Counted from the stretch's first letter, positions 9,255 through 19,914 are shown. The stretch: 64,000 nucleotides of DNA from Candidatus Multivorans sp. (GCA_965224025.1 OZ245033.1:2432001-2496000), one strand, 5' to 3'. The notes: generated from the letters alone by a model not told the origin. A program made the numbers and translations.

Positions 9255-10661
9255 CTACATGCCACGGTTCCTGGATCGCTCGATGGCTCCCAGCGACCAT
9301 TTGGCCGCCTGCTCACCACATCCGGCGCCGACGGCGATCGCTCGGCTCAGGCCGATGCCGTAGAGCGCGTTGCCGGCAAGGTGGAAGCCGTCGATTTCGG
9401 CGAGGGCGGCCTCGATTCTGGCCACCCGTTGCGGATGGCCGGGGGCGTACTGCGGGATCGCGTGCGGCCAGCGGGCGACGTGGGTGGAAACCGGCGATGG
9501 CTCGATGCCGACGATGCGGCGCAATTCGCGGCGGGTCAGGGCCACTAGTTCGTCGTCATCCAGGTTGGCGGCCTCGGGGTCCACGCCGCCGCCGAACATG
9601 GAGCGGGCGAGGAACTGGCCTTCCGGGCTGCGACCGCGGAAAGTCGCGGTTTCGTACTGGCAGCCGAGCATGCGGATGCTCTCGCCGCGGGCGACGAGGA
9701 AGCCGTAGGCCGGCTCCAGGTGGGCCGTGGCTTGAGCGTCAAAGGCCGTGTGGACCACAGCCATCGGAGGCGAGTCGATCTGCCGAAGTTCGTCGGCGGC
9801 CGCTGCCGACACGCCGGCGATGAGATCGGCGGCCGCGGGCAGATCGGCGGCGACGACGACGGCATCGGCAGCGTGCTCGCCGCCGGATGAAGTGACGGTG
9901 AAGCCGCCGCCGGTGCTGCGCCCTATCGAGGTCACGGGCCGGTTGCAGCGAACGTCGATTCCCGGCATCGCGGCGACCGCGCGCGGCAGGGCCTGAATGC
10001 CATCGAGGAAGGTCTTGTGTCCGGGCGGCGGCACGCCGCGCCTACGGCCGGCGCGCATGGCCTTGAACAGGGAGCCGTGGGCCTTTTCCATCGCCACCAA
10101 CCGCGGAAAGGCTGCGACCGCCGAGAGCTTTCGGGCGTCGCCGGCGAAGATGCCGAGGACGACGGGTGAGATCAGGCGTCTGGCGGCTTGTCGGCCCATG
10201 CGCCGGGCGGCGAAGTCGAACAGCGATTCGTCGACGCCGCCTCGCCGGCCCGGTACCAGCGGTTCAAGCGCCAGTCGGGCCAGACCGAGCGGCCCCAGCA
10301 GGCCGCTCCGGGCGAACGGCAGCGGGCTGCGCGACAGTTCGCGCAGCTTGCCGCCCCGGTAGATGGACCGGCGGTTCGCGGCCGGTTCAGGCGCGAGCAC
10401 CTCCTCGCCGAGACCGCACGCGTCGATCATCTCCCGCAGTACCGGCTGATCGTCGAGGAAACCTTGGGGGCCGGTCTCGATCAGGAAACCATCTGCCTGC
10501 TCCGTCCGCGCCTTGCCGCCGACCTCGTCGTCCGCCTCGAGCACGACGACCTTGAGCGCGGCGCCGGCGCGCCCGGCTTCGGCGGCCGCCTTCCAGGCGG
10601 CGGCCAGCCCCGAAGGTCCGCCGCCGACGATCACCAGGCGGCGCGCCCGTGCGTCGCTCAA
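9255..10661 (-). CDS. hemY: Protoporphyrinogen oxidase (HemY-type flavoprotein)
   Basis: VIVGGGPSGLAAAW, EVGGKART, ETGPQGF, GIFAGDARKLS and WPHAIPQY; TTG start overlaps the hemE stop. Confidence 0.88.
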   Translation of the reverse strand: MSDARARRLVIVGGGPSGLAAAWKAAAEAGRAGAALKVVVLEADDEVGGKARTEQADGFLIETGPQGFLDDQPVLREMIDACGLGEEVLAPEPAANRRSIYRGGKLRELSRSPLPFARSGLLGPLGLARLALEPLVPGRRGGVDESLFDFAARRMGRQAARRLISPVVLGIFAGDARKLSAVAAFPRLVAMEKAHGSLFKAMRAGRRRGVPPPGHKTFLDGIQALPRAVAAMPGIDVRCNRPVTSIGRSTGGGFTVTSSGGEHAADAVVVAADLPAAADLIAGVSAAAADELRQIDSPPMAVVHTAFDAQATAHLEPAYGFLVARGESIRMLGCQYETATFRGRSPEGQFLARSMFGGGVDPEAANLDDDELVALTRRELRRIVGIEPSPVSTHVARWPHAIPQYAPGHPQRVARIEAALAEIDGFHLAGNALYGIGLSRAIAVGAGCGEQAAKWSLGAIERSRNRGM

Positions 10662-11749
10662 ACGTCCCGCTCCGCCTCGGCGTGGACGGCTTCGACCAGG
10701 GTTTGCACCGCCTCCAGCGGGGTCTCGGGCAGCACGCCGTGCCCCAGGTTCACGATGTGGCCGCGGCCGGGCAGGCTGGACAGCAGGCGCCGCGTCTCGC
10801 GCCGGATCGCCTCGGCGCCGGCGAGCAGCACGGCCGGGTCCAGGTTGCCCTGCAGGCACAACCCCGGCCGTCGCCCTCGGAGCGCTCCCAGGTCGGTGCG
10901 CCAGTCGACGCCGAGCGCCTCGCAGGGCAGTTCGGCGTAGTCATGGGCGAGCTGGGGCGCGGCGTGGAGGAAGAGGATGCGCGGCACGCCGGCGTCGCCG
11001 ACGCGCCGGAGCAGGCGTTCCAGGTGCGGCCGCACCCGGCGGCGCCACCCGGCGCGGGAGAACAGGCCCGCCCAGGAATCGAAGACCTGGACGGCGTCCG
11101 CTCCGGCCCGGTGCTGGGCAATCAGGTAGCGGGCGCAGAGGCGTCCGAGCCGGTCGAGCAGGGCTTCGAAAGCCGCGGGCTCTTCGTGGGCGAACGCCCG
11201 CAACCGCGGGAAGTCGGGCACGCCGCGGCCTTCGACCAGGTAGGCGGCGAGGGTCAGCGGCGCGCCGGCGAAGCCGAGCAGTGCCTTGCCCCGGTCGAGA
11301 TCCCGGCGGACGATCCGTTGGGCCGCCGTGACCTCGGGTGCTATCTCCGCTTCGTCGAGGCCGTCCGGGTTGGGCAGGGCGGCTACCGACGCGGCGTCGC
11401 GGATCGGTCGGGCGATCACGGGGCCGGGGGCGAAGCGGAAGTCGATGCCCAGGGCGGGCAGCGGCGACATGATGTCGGCGAAAGTGATCGCGGCATCGAA
11501 CGGGAAGCGGCGGAGCGGCATCAGCGTGACCTGGGCCGCCAGTTCGGGGTCGCGGGAGAGACCGGCGAAGCCGTGGCGCTCCTTGAGAGCCCGGTACTCG
11601 GGCAGGATGCGCCCGGCCTGCCGCATGATCCAAAGCGGCCGCCGCGGCGTATCCTCGAAGCGCAGCGTCCGCAGGAGCAGGTCGGTGTCCGGCTGGGCAG
11701 AGGTGTTCGGCGAAGCGGCCTCGAGACGGGCCGCCGAGTCAGTGTTCAT
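10658..11749 (-). CDS. hemE: Uroporphyrinogen decarboxylase
   Basis: PLWIMRQAGRILPEY, GFAGAPLTLAAYLVEG, QVFDSWAG, QGNLDP and NLGHGV; ATGA overlap with hemA. Confidence 0.93.
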   Translation of the reverse strand: MNTDSAARLEAASPNTSAQPDTDLLLRTLRFEDTPRRPLWIMRQAGRILPEYRALKERHGFAGLSRDPELAAQVTLMPLRRFPFDAAITFADIMSPLPALGIDFRFAPGPVIARPIRDAASVAALPNPDGLDEAEIAPEVTAAQRIVRRDLDRGKALLGFAGAPLTLAAYLVEGRGVPDFPRLRAFAHEEPAAFEALLDRLGRLCARYLIAQHRAGADAVQVFDSWAGLFSRAGWRRRVRPHLERLLRRVGDAGVPRILFLHAAPQLAHDYAELPCEALGVDWRTDLGALRGRRPGLCLQGNLDPAVLLAGAEAIRRETRRLLSSLPGRGHIVNLGHGVLPETPLEAVQTLVEAVHAEAERDV

Positions 11750-13152
11750 TCGGCGAGGTCCGTCGCGCTCTGCTTCTGCCGGCGCTCGCCGCCGAGCTGC
11801 GTGGACGGCCAGGTGTCGCCGTCGCCGGACCGCGAGGAAACGCGCCGCCGCTCCAGCAGTTCCGGCGCCGCGGCGGCGAGAAATGCGTCGACGCCCTCCT
11901 GGCCGATTTCGGTCGCGACTGCCCGCAGCCCGAGGACGGGCAAGTGGCTCAGACGCTTCGCCATGACCGAGGTCCACTGCTTGAGCGCCGCCCGCTCGGT
12001 GTCGGAGAGCCCCTTCAGCTCGCCCTGCAGCAGACGGTCGAGGTTGGCGCCCAGGGAATCCTGGTACTTCGCGCCGATTGCCCGGATGGCCCCGGCGACC
12101 GACCGGGTCGCCATCGCCTCGCGGTAGGCGTCGAGCTCCTCGTCGATCAGGACGCGGGCCTCGGCGGTGCGCTCGCGCCGGTCGCGCAGGGTCTGCTGGG
12201 CCCGCTCGTTGATGCCATCCATGCCGATCCGCTCCAGGCCGGCCGCGTCGGTGTCGCAGGGCGCGGCGTCGGCCGGGATGGCCATGTCGACCACCAGCGG
12301 CGCCGCTCCGAGCTGCGACCGGCCGGCGCGGGCGAGCGCGAAGAGGCAGCGGCGATCGACCACGGGTTCCGGCGCGCCGGTCGAGAACAGTACCCCGGTG
12401 ACCGCTGGCGGTCTGGCGCGGAAGGTCTCGAGACTCATCGTCTCGATGGCCGGGGCAGCACAACGGAATGAGACCGCTGCGGCCGTTCGCTCGGCGAGTT
12501 CCTCGGCCTTCCCGTGCGTGCGGTTGACGAGAACCAGGGGGATGCCCCGGCCGTGCAGGCGCTCGGTACAGGTTTCCGTCATCGCCGCCACGCCGACCAG
12601 GGCGACCGATCCCGCGACCTCGGCCGCTCGCTCGCTCAGCAGGTCGGCCGCGATCTCGGAGAGAGAGGTGCGCCCGGCGCCGACCCCGGTTTCGCGATGG
12701 ACCCGCTTGCCGGCCCGAAGCGCCGATTCGACCACCCGCCGCAGCTCGGAGTCGACGGCGCCGCAGGCGGTCGCCTCCTCCAACGCGTCGCGAAGCTGTC
12801 CGCGGATCTCCCGTTCGCCGGGCTGAGCCGAGTCGAGGCCTGCCGCCACCAGGTACAGGTGTTCGACCGCGCCCTCGCCCACCCAGCTCCGAAACACACG
12901 CCGCGCCGCCCCCTCGCCGGCGACCAGCCGCAACAGTTCGCGGCGGCACGACGCAAGCGTGGCGCCCGGTTCAGCCGAGAAGATGAACGCGACACGGTTG
13001 CACGTCGCGAGGTAGATGAACCCCTGAGCGCCGATCCTCTGCTTCAGCCGCCGCAGCTCGGCGGCCCGGCGCGTGTCCGGAACCGTGTACCGCGCGATCT
13101 CTTCCGCGCTCGCATAGCGCCAGGTCGCGGCCACGACGCAACAGTTGTCCAT
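11746..13152 (-). CDS. hemA: Glutamyl-tRNA reductase (divergent)
   Basis: LATCNRV (catalytic Cys), HLYLVAAGLDSAQPGEREIRGQ, VLVNRT and VVDMAIPAD. Confidence 0.85.
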   Translation of the reverse strand: MDNCCVVAATWRYASAEEIARYTVPDTRRAAELRRLKQRIGAQGFIYLATCNRVAFIFSAEPGATLASCRRELLRLVAGEGAARRVFRSWVGEGAVEHLYLVAAGLDSAQPGEREIRGQLRDALEEATACGAVDSELRRVVESALRAGKRVHRETGVGAGRTSLSEIAADLLSERAAEVAGSVALVGVAAMTETCTERLHGRGIPLVLVNRTHGKAEELAERTAAAVSFRCAAPAIETMSLETFRARPPAVTGVLFSTGAPEPVVDRRCLFALARAGRSQLGAAPLVVDMAIPADAAPCDTDAAGLERIGMDGINERAQQTLRDRRERTAEARVLIDEELDAYREAMATRSVAGAIRAIGAKYQDSLGANLDRLLQGELKGLSDTERAALKQWTSVMAKRLSHLPVLGLRAVATEIGQEGVDAFLAAAAPELLERRRVSSRSGDGDTWPSTQLGGERRQKQSATDLAE

Positions 13153-13185
13153 TCGCGCGATTCTGACTCAGTTCGGCGCGCGGAT

Positions 13186-13203
13186 TGTCATGGGTGTGTC
13201 ATG
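13186..13203. promoter_or_regulatory. Direct repeat TGTCATG-N4-TGTCATG upstream of hemA
   Basis: Two identical heptamers at an 11-bp period (13186, 13197), 34-51 bp before the hemA start. The geometry matches OmpR/PhoB-family boxes. Confidence 0.35.
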
Positions 13204-13273
13204 TTCGCATTGCCGCCCGTTGCCGGGCGTTGCGGTGCGCTGAATGCTCGCAGCGCCAAGGGTTCGGCTCGGC

Positions 13274-13924
13274 CTACAGACTGATGCCGATTCCGCTCCG
13301 CCGGCCAGCCAGCCTCACGTCCTCGATGAACGATCCGTCCGTCCCCTCGCGGACACCGACAACCTGGATGTCCTGCACAGCTACGCGATCGCCGAACAGC
13401 AGCATCGCGGCGTCTGGGTCGTATTGGCGCGAGGTCCAGATCAGGCCATCCATGTCGTACTGGTCGTGGATCGCCTTCGCCCAAAGCGCTGTGTACTTGT
13501 AGTGGCTTGGCGGGCTGGCAATCAGACTATCTCGGCGGATCTGCCACTTCCTGAGATCGGGCGCGCGCAGGCTCGCAAGGCGTAGGGGACGGCGCGGCTG
13601 CAGGGTGCTGTGCTTCCGACTCTCGACAGCGCCGCGTGGAACGGTCTTCCTGTCGCTCGATGTCACTGGAATGTCGTGGAACACCGTCTCGTAGATTGCC
13701 GCCTCCACGGTTCCGCCCGCGTAGAGCGAAGGAACGCAGCGTCCCTCCTCGTCTTGGATCGGCGCGAACCGCGTGTCAGGGCCACGGCACGGATTGAAGT
13801 CGTTTCCGGCGAACCGCCGGGGGTGGACACGATGCAGAAGCTCGTGCGGCGCCCTTACGACGACGTTGGGTTCGGCGAATACTTCGGACGGCCGCGGAAG
13901 GGCTGCTCCGAAACTCTCATCCAT
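13274..13924 (-). CDS. RES-domain toxin (NAD+ phosphorylase/ADP-ribosyltransferase-like)
   Basis: LHRVH, FNP, RFAP, LYAGGTVEAAIYETVFHD and DGLIWTSRQ supply the R-E-S residues; overlaps the upstream antitoxin. Confidence 0.85.
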   Translation of the reverse strand: MDESFGAALPRPSEVFAEPNVVVRAPHELLHRVHPRRFAGNDFNPCRGPDTRFAPIQDEEGRCVPSLYAGGTVEAAIYETVFHDIPVTSSDRKTVPRGAVESRKHSTLQPRRPLRLASLRAPDLRKWQIRRDSLIASPPSHYKYTALWAKAIHDQYDMDGLIWTSRQYDPDAAMLLFGDRVAVQDIQVVGVREGTDGSFIEDVRLAGRRSGIGISL

Positions 13925-14570
13925 ACGCCGGTTCCGCGAGCCGGCGGGCTGCCTGGGCGACCAGAGCGTCGTCCAGCCGGTCCTGGGGTCGGTCGCCGTC
14001 GAGCCACCCGTTCGCGGAGGCGAACCACAGCGCCGTCTGCCACGGCGTTATCGTTGCCGGGAGTTCGGCGAGGACAGCCCCCACCGCGGGCCGTGGCGAC
14101 CCGTCCTCGAACTGAAACGCGGGGTAGTAGTTGCGGCCTTCCATCCGAAGGGCGAACGTCTTGCCTTCCGCCTTCCAGCGCGACGCCGGCTCGCTCGTAT
14201 TCCTGGAACGCAGCCCCGACGCCAAGTGGATTTCCGCCGCGGTCAGCATCGGCGTTTCGGCCACGTACGCTCGGCGCAGCTCCAGGTTGTCGACCGCCAA
14301 CTCCCCTTCCACCCCGTAAGCATGCGCCCAGAGCCGCAGTAGAACGGTGTCCAGCAAGCGGTCCCCGGCTTCGCGCTCGGGCGCGGGCGAGAACTCTTCC
14401 CACAGCCGGTTCAAGCGATCGGCCATGCCGGCCGCCTCCCCAGACGCGTGGATCAGGACCCAATCGTCTCCGGCGTCGATCGATCCCATCCGGTCCTTCA
14501 CTCGCTGAGGCAGTCTCTCGACCTCTTCGGCCTGAAGCGGCTCCCATTCGATCGATTGTGGTCTCGGCAT
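13917..14570 (-). CDS. Xre/MbcA/ParS-type antitoxin
   Basis: YPAFQFEDGSPRP...WQTALWFASANGWLDGDRPQDRL; coupled to the RES gene. Confidence 0.8.
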   Translation of the reverse strand: MPRPQSIEWEPLQAEEVERLPQRVKDRMGSIDAGDDWVLIHASGEAAGMADRLNRLWEEFSPAPEREAGDRLLDTVLLRLWAHAYGVEGELAVDNLELRRAYVAETPMLTAAEIHLASGLRSRNTSEPASRWKAEGKTFALRMEGRNYYPAFQFEDGSPRPAVGAVLAELPATITPWQTALWFASANGWLDGDRPQDRLDDALVAQAARRLAEPAYG

Positions 14571-14578
14571 GGTTGTCG

Positions 14579-14607
14579 CTCACTCGTTCATCAAAGCCAT
14601 GAGTGAG
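14579..14607. promoter_or_regulatory. Inverted repeat upstream of the antitoxin gene (putative autorepression operator)
   Basis: CTCACTCGT-N11-ATGAGTGAG (8/9 palindromic), 9 bp upstream of the start codon. Confidence 0.4.
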
Positions 14608-14628
14608 ATTCGTGATCGGATATGTAGT

Positions 14629-15720
14629 CTATCGATTCTCACCCTTACCGGCAACGTGCTGCGGACAGCTACTGGCTCGGCGCCACTCGCGGGTGTTGCG
14701 GAGGATCAGCCCGGTCAGGGCGTCGAGGTGGTCGGGCCGATCGTTGAGGCAGGGGATGTAGCGGAGTCTCTCGCCGCCGGATTCTTCGAAGTAGCCGCGG
14801 TTCTCGACTTCGATTTCCTCGAGGGTCTCGATGCAGTCGGCGGAGAAGCCGGGGCAGGCGACGTCGACGTTCTTGAGCCCGGCTTGGGGTAGCTCTCGCA
14901 TGGCAACGTCGGTCTTGGGCCGGATCCACAGTTCGCGGCCGAACTGGGACTGGAAGGTGCTGAGAACGCGCTCCTCGCCGATGCCGAGTTCCTCCACCAG
15001 GAGCCGGGTCGTATCCAGGCACTGGCACTGGTAGGGATCGCCGTTGTCGACGTAGCGTTGGGGGACGCCGTGGTAGGAGAGCACGAGCCGTTCCGGTTCG
15101 CCGTCCGCCCAGGTCTCGCGGATGCTCGCGGCGAGAGCCCGCACAAAACCCGGGTCGTCGTAGTAGCTGTTGATCGTCCGCAGTTCAGGCACCCGGCGCC
15201 AGCGGCGAAGTTGCCTCGCCAGCATGTCGATCGTGGAGGCGGTGGTGGCCGCCGAATACTGCGGGAACAGCGGGAAGAACAGCAGGCGTGTGCACCCCTT
15301 GCGGCGCAGTTCGGCCAGTGCGCTCTTGATCGACGGCTCGCCGTAGCGCATGCCGAGTACTGCGTGGCAGGGCGGTTCCCCGTCGCGCTGGCGCTGTTGC
15401 AGCCTGGCTGCTATGCCCTCGACCTGGCGGTTTCCAATGGCGAGCAGGGGAGACCCTTCGTGGGTCCAGATCTTCTCGTACAGCCTGGCGACTCGCTGCG
15501 GGCGCGTGGTCAGCACGAAGAGATGGAGGATGGGCAGCCACTTCCAGCGCGGCGCTTCGGCGATGCGGATGTCGCTCAGGAACTGCCGGAGGTAGCGGCG
15601 CAGTGCCGCCGGGGTCGGCGCCGCGGGCGTGCCGACGTTGGCCAGCAGGACGCCGATCGCGCGGCGGTCGGCGTCCGCCGCCACGCGGGGTTCCGGTTCG
15701 TAGAGGGATGTGCCGGTCAT
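14629..15720 (-). CDS. hemH: Ferrochelatase
   Basis: GVLLANVGTP, YLRQFLSD, GSPLL, LGMRYGEPSI, PLFPQYS, SYHGVP, FQSQFG and GFSADCIETLEEI. Confidence 0.93.
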   Translation of the reverse strand: MTGTSLYEPEPRVAADADRRAIGVLLANVGTPAAPTPAALRRYLRQFLSDIRIAEAPRWKWLPILHLFVLTTRPQRVARLYEKIWTHEGSPLLAIGNRQVEGIAARLQQRQRDGEPPCHAVLGMRYGEPSIKSALAELRRKGCTRLLFFPLFPQYSAATTASTIDMLARQLRRWRRVPELRTINSYYDDPGFVRALAASIRETWADGEPERLVLSYHGVPQRYVDNGDPYQCQCLDTTRLLVEELGIGEERVLSTFQSQFGRELWIRPKTDVAMRELPQAGLKNVDVACPGFSADCIETLEEIEVENRGYFEESGGERLRYIPCLNDRPDHLDALTGLILRNTREWRRASSCPQHVAGKGENR

Positions 15721-15734
15721 CTTCGAGATGCGGT

Positions 15735-16742
15735 TCAGATCCAGTCGCGGCGGACCAGGAAGTCCGCGGTCAGGCGGGCCTCGGGGGAGCCGGGATCGGG
15801 CTCGTAGTCGTAGCGCCAGGCGGCCAGCGGCGGCAGCGACGCGAGGATGGACTCGGTGCGCGCCCGCGCCTGCAGTCCGTAGCGGGTGCCGCGGTCGTAC
15901 ACCAGGTTGAACTCCACGTAGCGGCCTCGCCGGTAGAGCTGAAAACAGCGCTCGCGCTCGCCGTACTGCCGGTCCTTGCGGCGTTCGAGGATGGGCAGGT
16001 AGGCGCGCAGGAAGTGGTCGCCAACGCTTCGCGCGAAGGCGAAGCAGCGCTCGAAGGGGTCGAGTTCCCGCGGTCGCTCGAGGCGGTTCAGATCGTCGAA
16101 GAAGAGGCCGCCGACGCCGCGCATCTCCTGCCGGTGGGGCAGGTAGAAGTAGTCGTCGCAGGCGGCCTTGTAGCGGTCGTAGAGGTCGTCGCCGAACGGC
16201 GCGCAGGCTTCGGCGGCGGTGCGGTGCCAGTGGACGGCGTCCTCTTCGAAGCCGTAGTACGGGGTCAGATCGAAACCGCCGCCGAACCACCAGCCCTCCT
16301 CGTTCGCGTCTTCGGCGCCGGCCGTCGGGTGGGCGATGAAGAAGCGGATGTTGGCGTGGCTGGTCGGCGCGTAGGGGTTGCGCGGGTGGACGATCAGGGA
16401 CACTGACGTGGCCTCGAAACTGCGTCCCGCGAGCTCCGGGCGGCGCTCGGTCGCGGCGAGAGGCAGGGAGTCGCCTCGCGAATGGCTGAAGTTGACGGCC
16501 GCCTTCTCGATCACGGGGCCGTCGGTGAGCACCCTCGGCCGGGCGCAGCCGCCGCGTTCGTTGGTCAACTCGCGGGCGTCGAACGCGGTGCCGTCGATCT
16601 CGACCAGGGCGTCGCAGATGCGGTCCTGGAGTTCCCTGAAGTAGGTGGCGACGGTCTCGGCGTCGGCCCGGCTTCCTCCCGCTTCCCCGGGCGTCTGGCC
16701 GAGTCCGCGGGCTTCGGTGTCCGTTTCGGCCCTGAAGGTCAC
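15735..16742 (-). CDS. hemF: Oxygen-dependent coproporphyrinogen III oxidase
   Basis: [46 protein letters not shown] and [16 protein letters not shown]; GTG overlaps the hemL stop. Confidence 0.95.
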   Translation of the reverse strand: MTFRAETDTEARGLGQTPGEAGGSRADAETVATYFRELQDRICDALVEIDGTAFDARELTNERGGCARPRVLTDGPVIEKAAVNFSHSRGDSLPLAATERRPELAGRSFEATSVSLIVHPRNPYAPTSHANIRFFIAHPTAGAEDANEEGWWFGGGFDLTPYYGFEEDAVHWHRTAAEACAPFGDDLYDRYKAACDDYFYLPHRQEMRGVGGLFFDDLNRLERPRELDPFERCFAFARSVGDHFLRAYLPILERRKDRQYGERERCFQLYRRGRYVEFNLVYDRGTRYGLQARARTESILASLPPLAAWRYDYEPDPGSPEARLTADFLVRRDWI

Positions 16743-18037
16743 GGAGTGGGGATGTCCGCCAGCGCCTCGCCGACGGCGCTGGCGAAACCGGACAGCGTTT
16801 CCTCGTCGTGGGCGAGGGACAGGAAGCCGACCTCGTAGGCCGAGGGGGCGAGCATGTAGCCGCGGTCGAGCAGCCCGCCGTGCAGCAGGCCGAAGATCTC
16901 GGCGGTGTTCGGGTGGAAGCGGTCGACCCGGCGGGGCAGTTCGCCGCCGCCGTAGGCGAGCCAGAAGATGGAACCGCAACGGACCAGCCGGTACGGGTGG
17001 CCGCTCGATGAGAGGACGGGGCCGAGTTCGCGGTCGAGCAACGACCCCAGCGCGTCCATGCGGTCCCAGCCGTCGTTGGCCTCCAGCTCGCGCAGGGTGG
17101 CAAGCCCCGCGGCGACCGCGAGCGGGTTCCCGGACAGGGTGCCGGCCTGGTAGACCGGGCCAAGGGGCGAGAGCCGGTCCATCAACCTCGCCGGCCCGCC
17201 GTAGGCGCCGACCGGCAGCCCGCCGCCGATCACCTTGCCCAGGGTGTAGAGATCGGGTTCGATGCCGACCTGGGCGCCGACGGTGACGCCGGGTACCCGG
17301 AAGCCGCTCAGCACCTCGTCGAGAATCAGCAGCGCGCCGTGTTCGGTGCAACGGCGGCGCAGTCGCTCGAGGTACTCGGGACGTTGCACCAGCAGGCCGT
17401 TGTTCGCGGGCAGTGGCTCGATGATGGCGGCCGCCAGGTTGCTTCCGTGGCGGCGGAACGCCTCGTCCAGTGCGCCGTCGTCGTCGAGCGGCAGGACGAT
17501 CGTGTCGCGGGCGGTGGCCGCGGGAATGCCGGCGCTCGAGGCGATCCCGAAGGTGGCGAGACCGCTTCCCGCCTCGACCAGGAGCGCGTCGACATGGCCG
17601 TGGTAGCAGCCCTTGAACTTGAGCATCAGGTCGCGGCCGGTGCAGCCGCGGGCGAGCCGGACCGCGGATTGGGTCGCCTCGGTGCCGGAGTTCACGAAGC
17701 GAATCTTCTCGATGCCGGGGACGAGTTCCTTGACCGTCCGCGCGAGTTCGACCTCGCCTTCGTGCGGCGCGGCGAAGGAGGTGCCGCGCGCGGCGGCTTC
17801 GCGCACCGCTTCGACCACCGCCGGATGACTGTGGCCCAGCACCAAGGGGCCGAACGAGCCGATGAAGTCCACGTAGCTGCGGCCGTCGACGGAGCGCATC
17901 ACCGAGCCCTCGGCGTCGGCGATGAAGGGCGGCGTGCCGCCGACCGCGCGGTAGGCGCGCACCGGGCTGTTCACGCCGCCGACGAGGTGCTTCTGCGCTT
18001 CGGCCCAGAGTTCCTCGCTGGTTCTTCCGGCGCTCAT
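16739..18037 (-). CDS. hemL: Glutamate-1-semialdehyde 2,1-aminomutase
   Basis: [38 protein letters not shown] and [10 protein letters not shown]. Confidence 0.95.
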   Translation of the reverse strand: MSAGRTSEELWAEAQKHLVGGVNSPVRAYRAVGGTPPFIADAEGSVMRSVDGRSYVDFIGSFGPLVLGHSHPAVVEAVREAAARGTSFAAPHEGEVELARTVKELVPGIEKIRFVNSGTEATQSAVRLARGCTGRDLMLKFKGCYHGHVDALLVEAGSGLATFGIASSAGIPAATARDTIVLPLDDDGALDEAFRRHGSNLAAAIIEPLPANNGLLVQRPEYLERLRRRCTEHGALLILDEVLSGFRVPGVTVGAQVGIEPDLYTLGKVIGGGLPVGAYGGPARLMDRLSPLGPVYQAGTLSGNPLAVAAGLATLRELEANDGWDRMDALGSLLDRELGPVLSSSGHPYRLVRCGSIFWLAYGGGELPRRVDRFHPNTAEIFGLLHGGLLDRGYMLAPSAYEVGFLSLAHDEETLSGFASAVGEALADIPTP

Positions 18038-19914
18038 CCGGATGCTCCCGCGAGCGGATCGCCGCTCACTTCTTCATGCCACAGGCGTTCGATGCCGGCG
18101 GCGGTCGGTTCGTGTGCGCACTTCACGTTGCCGGCGCCCGCGTCCCGGAGCGCCGCGGCCGTGGTCGCCCCGATCGCCCAGCAGCTTCCCGGCCAGTCCA
18201 GACCCGAGGCCACGAAGGCGGCGACGGCCGATGGCGCCGTGAAGAGTACGCGCGCCCGCTCCGCTTGCCAACCCTTGGGCCAGCCGAGGTCCGGCGCCGG
18301 GTTGACGGTGTACGCCTGCCAGGCGACGACTTCGCGGCCGCCGGCTTCGAGCGCTTCGACCAGGGTGCGGCCGCCCCGGGCCGAGTGCGGCACGAACAGC
18401 GGGCATCTCGGGTCGAGTACGCGCGCGGCGTAGTCGGCCAGACCGTTGCCGTCCGGGGCCCGTGCCGCCAGGTTCGGCGGCACGCCGGCCGCAAGCAGGG
18501 CGCGGGCCGTGCCCTCGCCGAGAGCGCACCAGGGCAGGCGTCCCCAGGTCGGGTCGTGCCCGGCGCGCTCGACGACCACGCGCGCGGCCGTGGGCGAGGA
18601 AATGAGCAGCCAGGGCCACTGCCGGCGTGGACGGTCCAGGTCGATGCGGTCGGCGGGCCAGGCCGCCTCGAAGACCTCGACCCGGGTCGCGGGCAGCGCG
18701 GCGGCGTGGACGTGTGGCTGTAGCCGGTGGGTGAGCCGGCGGACGGCGGGCGCGGCGGTGGTCACGATCAGGTCGGGTGTGGCGGCCGCCGGATGCGGGC
18801 TGGAAGCCCGTGTTGCCAGGGGCGTCTGCGGGCTGGAAGTCCGCGTCACCGGGGGAGGAGACGGCGTCGTCGCCGCGTCCGCCAGTCTTCGTTCGATCCG
18901 CTCGGCCAGGGAGATGAGGTCGACGCCGGTACCGGAAGAGTCGGCTGAGGCTCCGACGTGGACGTTCCGGGGCGGATCGCCGGCTCCGGCCGCCTCACGC
19001 CAGTCGTCCGGCGCGATCGCGGCATGGACCGCGTCGATCGGGGAGTGCTGGGACGTGTCGCTGCGGGCGTCCGCCCAGGCGCCGAACGGGCGCAGGCAGC
19101 CGCCGCCGAGCCGGCCCAGCAGGGAGCGCTCGGCGGTGACCGCGGCGCGGGTCGGGGGATGGTCGAGACGGGCCATGGCCGGGTGGCCGTCGAGGCGGCC
19201 GCCGCTCAGGATCTGCACCGCCAGGGCGCCCTGACCGGGAGCGCAGGGCCAGGATCGCAGGTCGAGGCGGAAGCCGCGCATCGTCGCCGCCCGTGACTCA
19301 AGTTCGCCGCTTCGCGCCAGCCGCACGATTCCGGCCTCGGCGGCGAGCAGGGCGTCGATCGCGCCGCTCTGGAGCCATTCGAGGCGGCGGCCAACGGAAC
19401 CGCGAACGGCGCAGCAGACGAGATCCGGCCGCAGAGCCAGTGCTCCGGCCTGGCGCCGCGGAGACGACGTGCCGAGCCGCGCCCCGGCCGGGAGGATGCC
19501 GAACGCCTCGTCCGCGGGCGCCGCGCGGCGGGCGGCGCCTTCGCCGTGGTGATCGAGCAGTTCATTTAGCGCCGTGGTTCCGGCGGCGTCCAGGCCGGGC
19601 GCGAGCAGCAGCAGATCGAACGGCCGCTCCCGCTCCGGCACGGCGGCGATCGTCAGCCCCGGCTCGTCATCGACCGGCAGGTCCTTCAGCGAGTGGACGA
19701 CCAGATCGACCGTGCCGCCGCGAAGGGCCGCGCTCAACTCGCCGGTGAACACGCCCTTGGCCTGCGCGAAGCTGCCGCCGAGGCTGCGGTCGCCCTGCGA
19801 CGACATGGCCTTGATGACCGCCTGGACGCCGAACTGCCGCAACTGTTCCGCAACCAGGCTCGCCTGGATCCGCGCGAGCGGCGTCGCCCGGGCGCCGATG
19901 ACGATCGGGGCCAT
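18034..19914 (-). CDS. hemC: Fused hydroxymethylbilane synthase / uroporphyrinogen-III synthase (HemC-HemD)
   Basis: [29 protein letters not shown] and LGGGC; Pro/Thr linker; C-terminal HemD-like [23 protein letters not shown] and [10 protein letters not shown]. Confidence 0.85.
   Translation of the reverse strand: MAPIVIGARATPLARIQASLVAEQLRQFGVQAVIKAMSSQGDRSLGGSFAQAKGVFTGELSAALRGGTVDLVVHSLKDLPVDDEPGLTIAAVPERERPFDLLLLAPGLDAAGTTALNELLDHHGEGAARRAAPADEAFGILPAGARLGTSSPRRQAGALALRPDLVCCAVRGSVGRRLEWLQSGAIDALLAAEAGIVRLARSGELESRAATMRGFRLDLRSWPCAPGQGALAVQILSGGRLDGHPAMARLDHPPTRAAVTAERSLLGRLGGGCLRPFGAWADARSDTSQHSPIDAVHAAIAPDDWREAAGAGDPPRNVHVGASADSSGTGVDLISLAERIERRLADAATTPSPPPVTRTSSPQTPLATRASSPHPAAATPDLIVTTAAPAVRRLTHRLQPHVHAAALPATRVEVFEAAWPADRIDLDRPRRQWPWLLISSPTAARVVVERAGHDPTWGRLPWCALGEGTARALLAAGVPPNLAARAPDGNGLADYAARVLDPRCPLFVPHSARGGRTLVEALEAGGREVVAWQAYTVNPAPDLGWPKGWQAERARVLFTAPSAVAAFVASGLDWPGSCWAIGATTAAALRDAGAGNVKCAHEPTAAGIERLWHEEVSGDPLAGASG

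Noticed and set aside
13239-13268. dif/att-like site at the edge of the RES TA module (CAAGGGTTCGG resembles 39478-39489)
   Set aside because: Weak similarity and no partner site on the other side of the module.
10658-17351. Apparent long N-terminal extensions on hemY, hemE, hemH and hemF in the ORF track
   Set aside because: The extensions overlap the upstream genes; better-supported starts lie at or just after the upstream stop codons.
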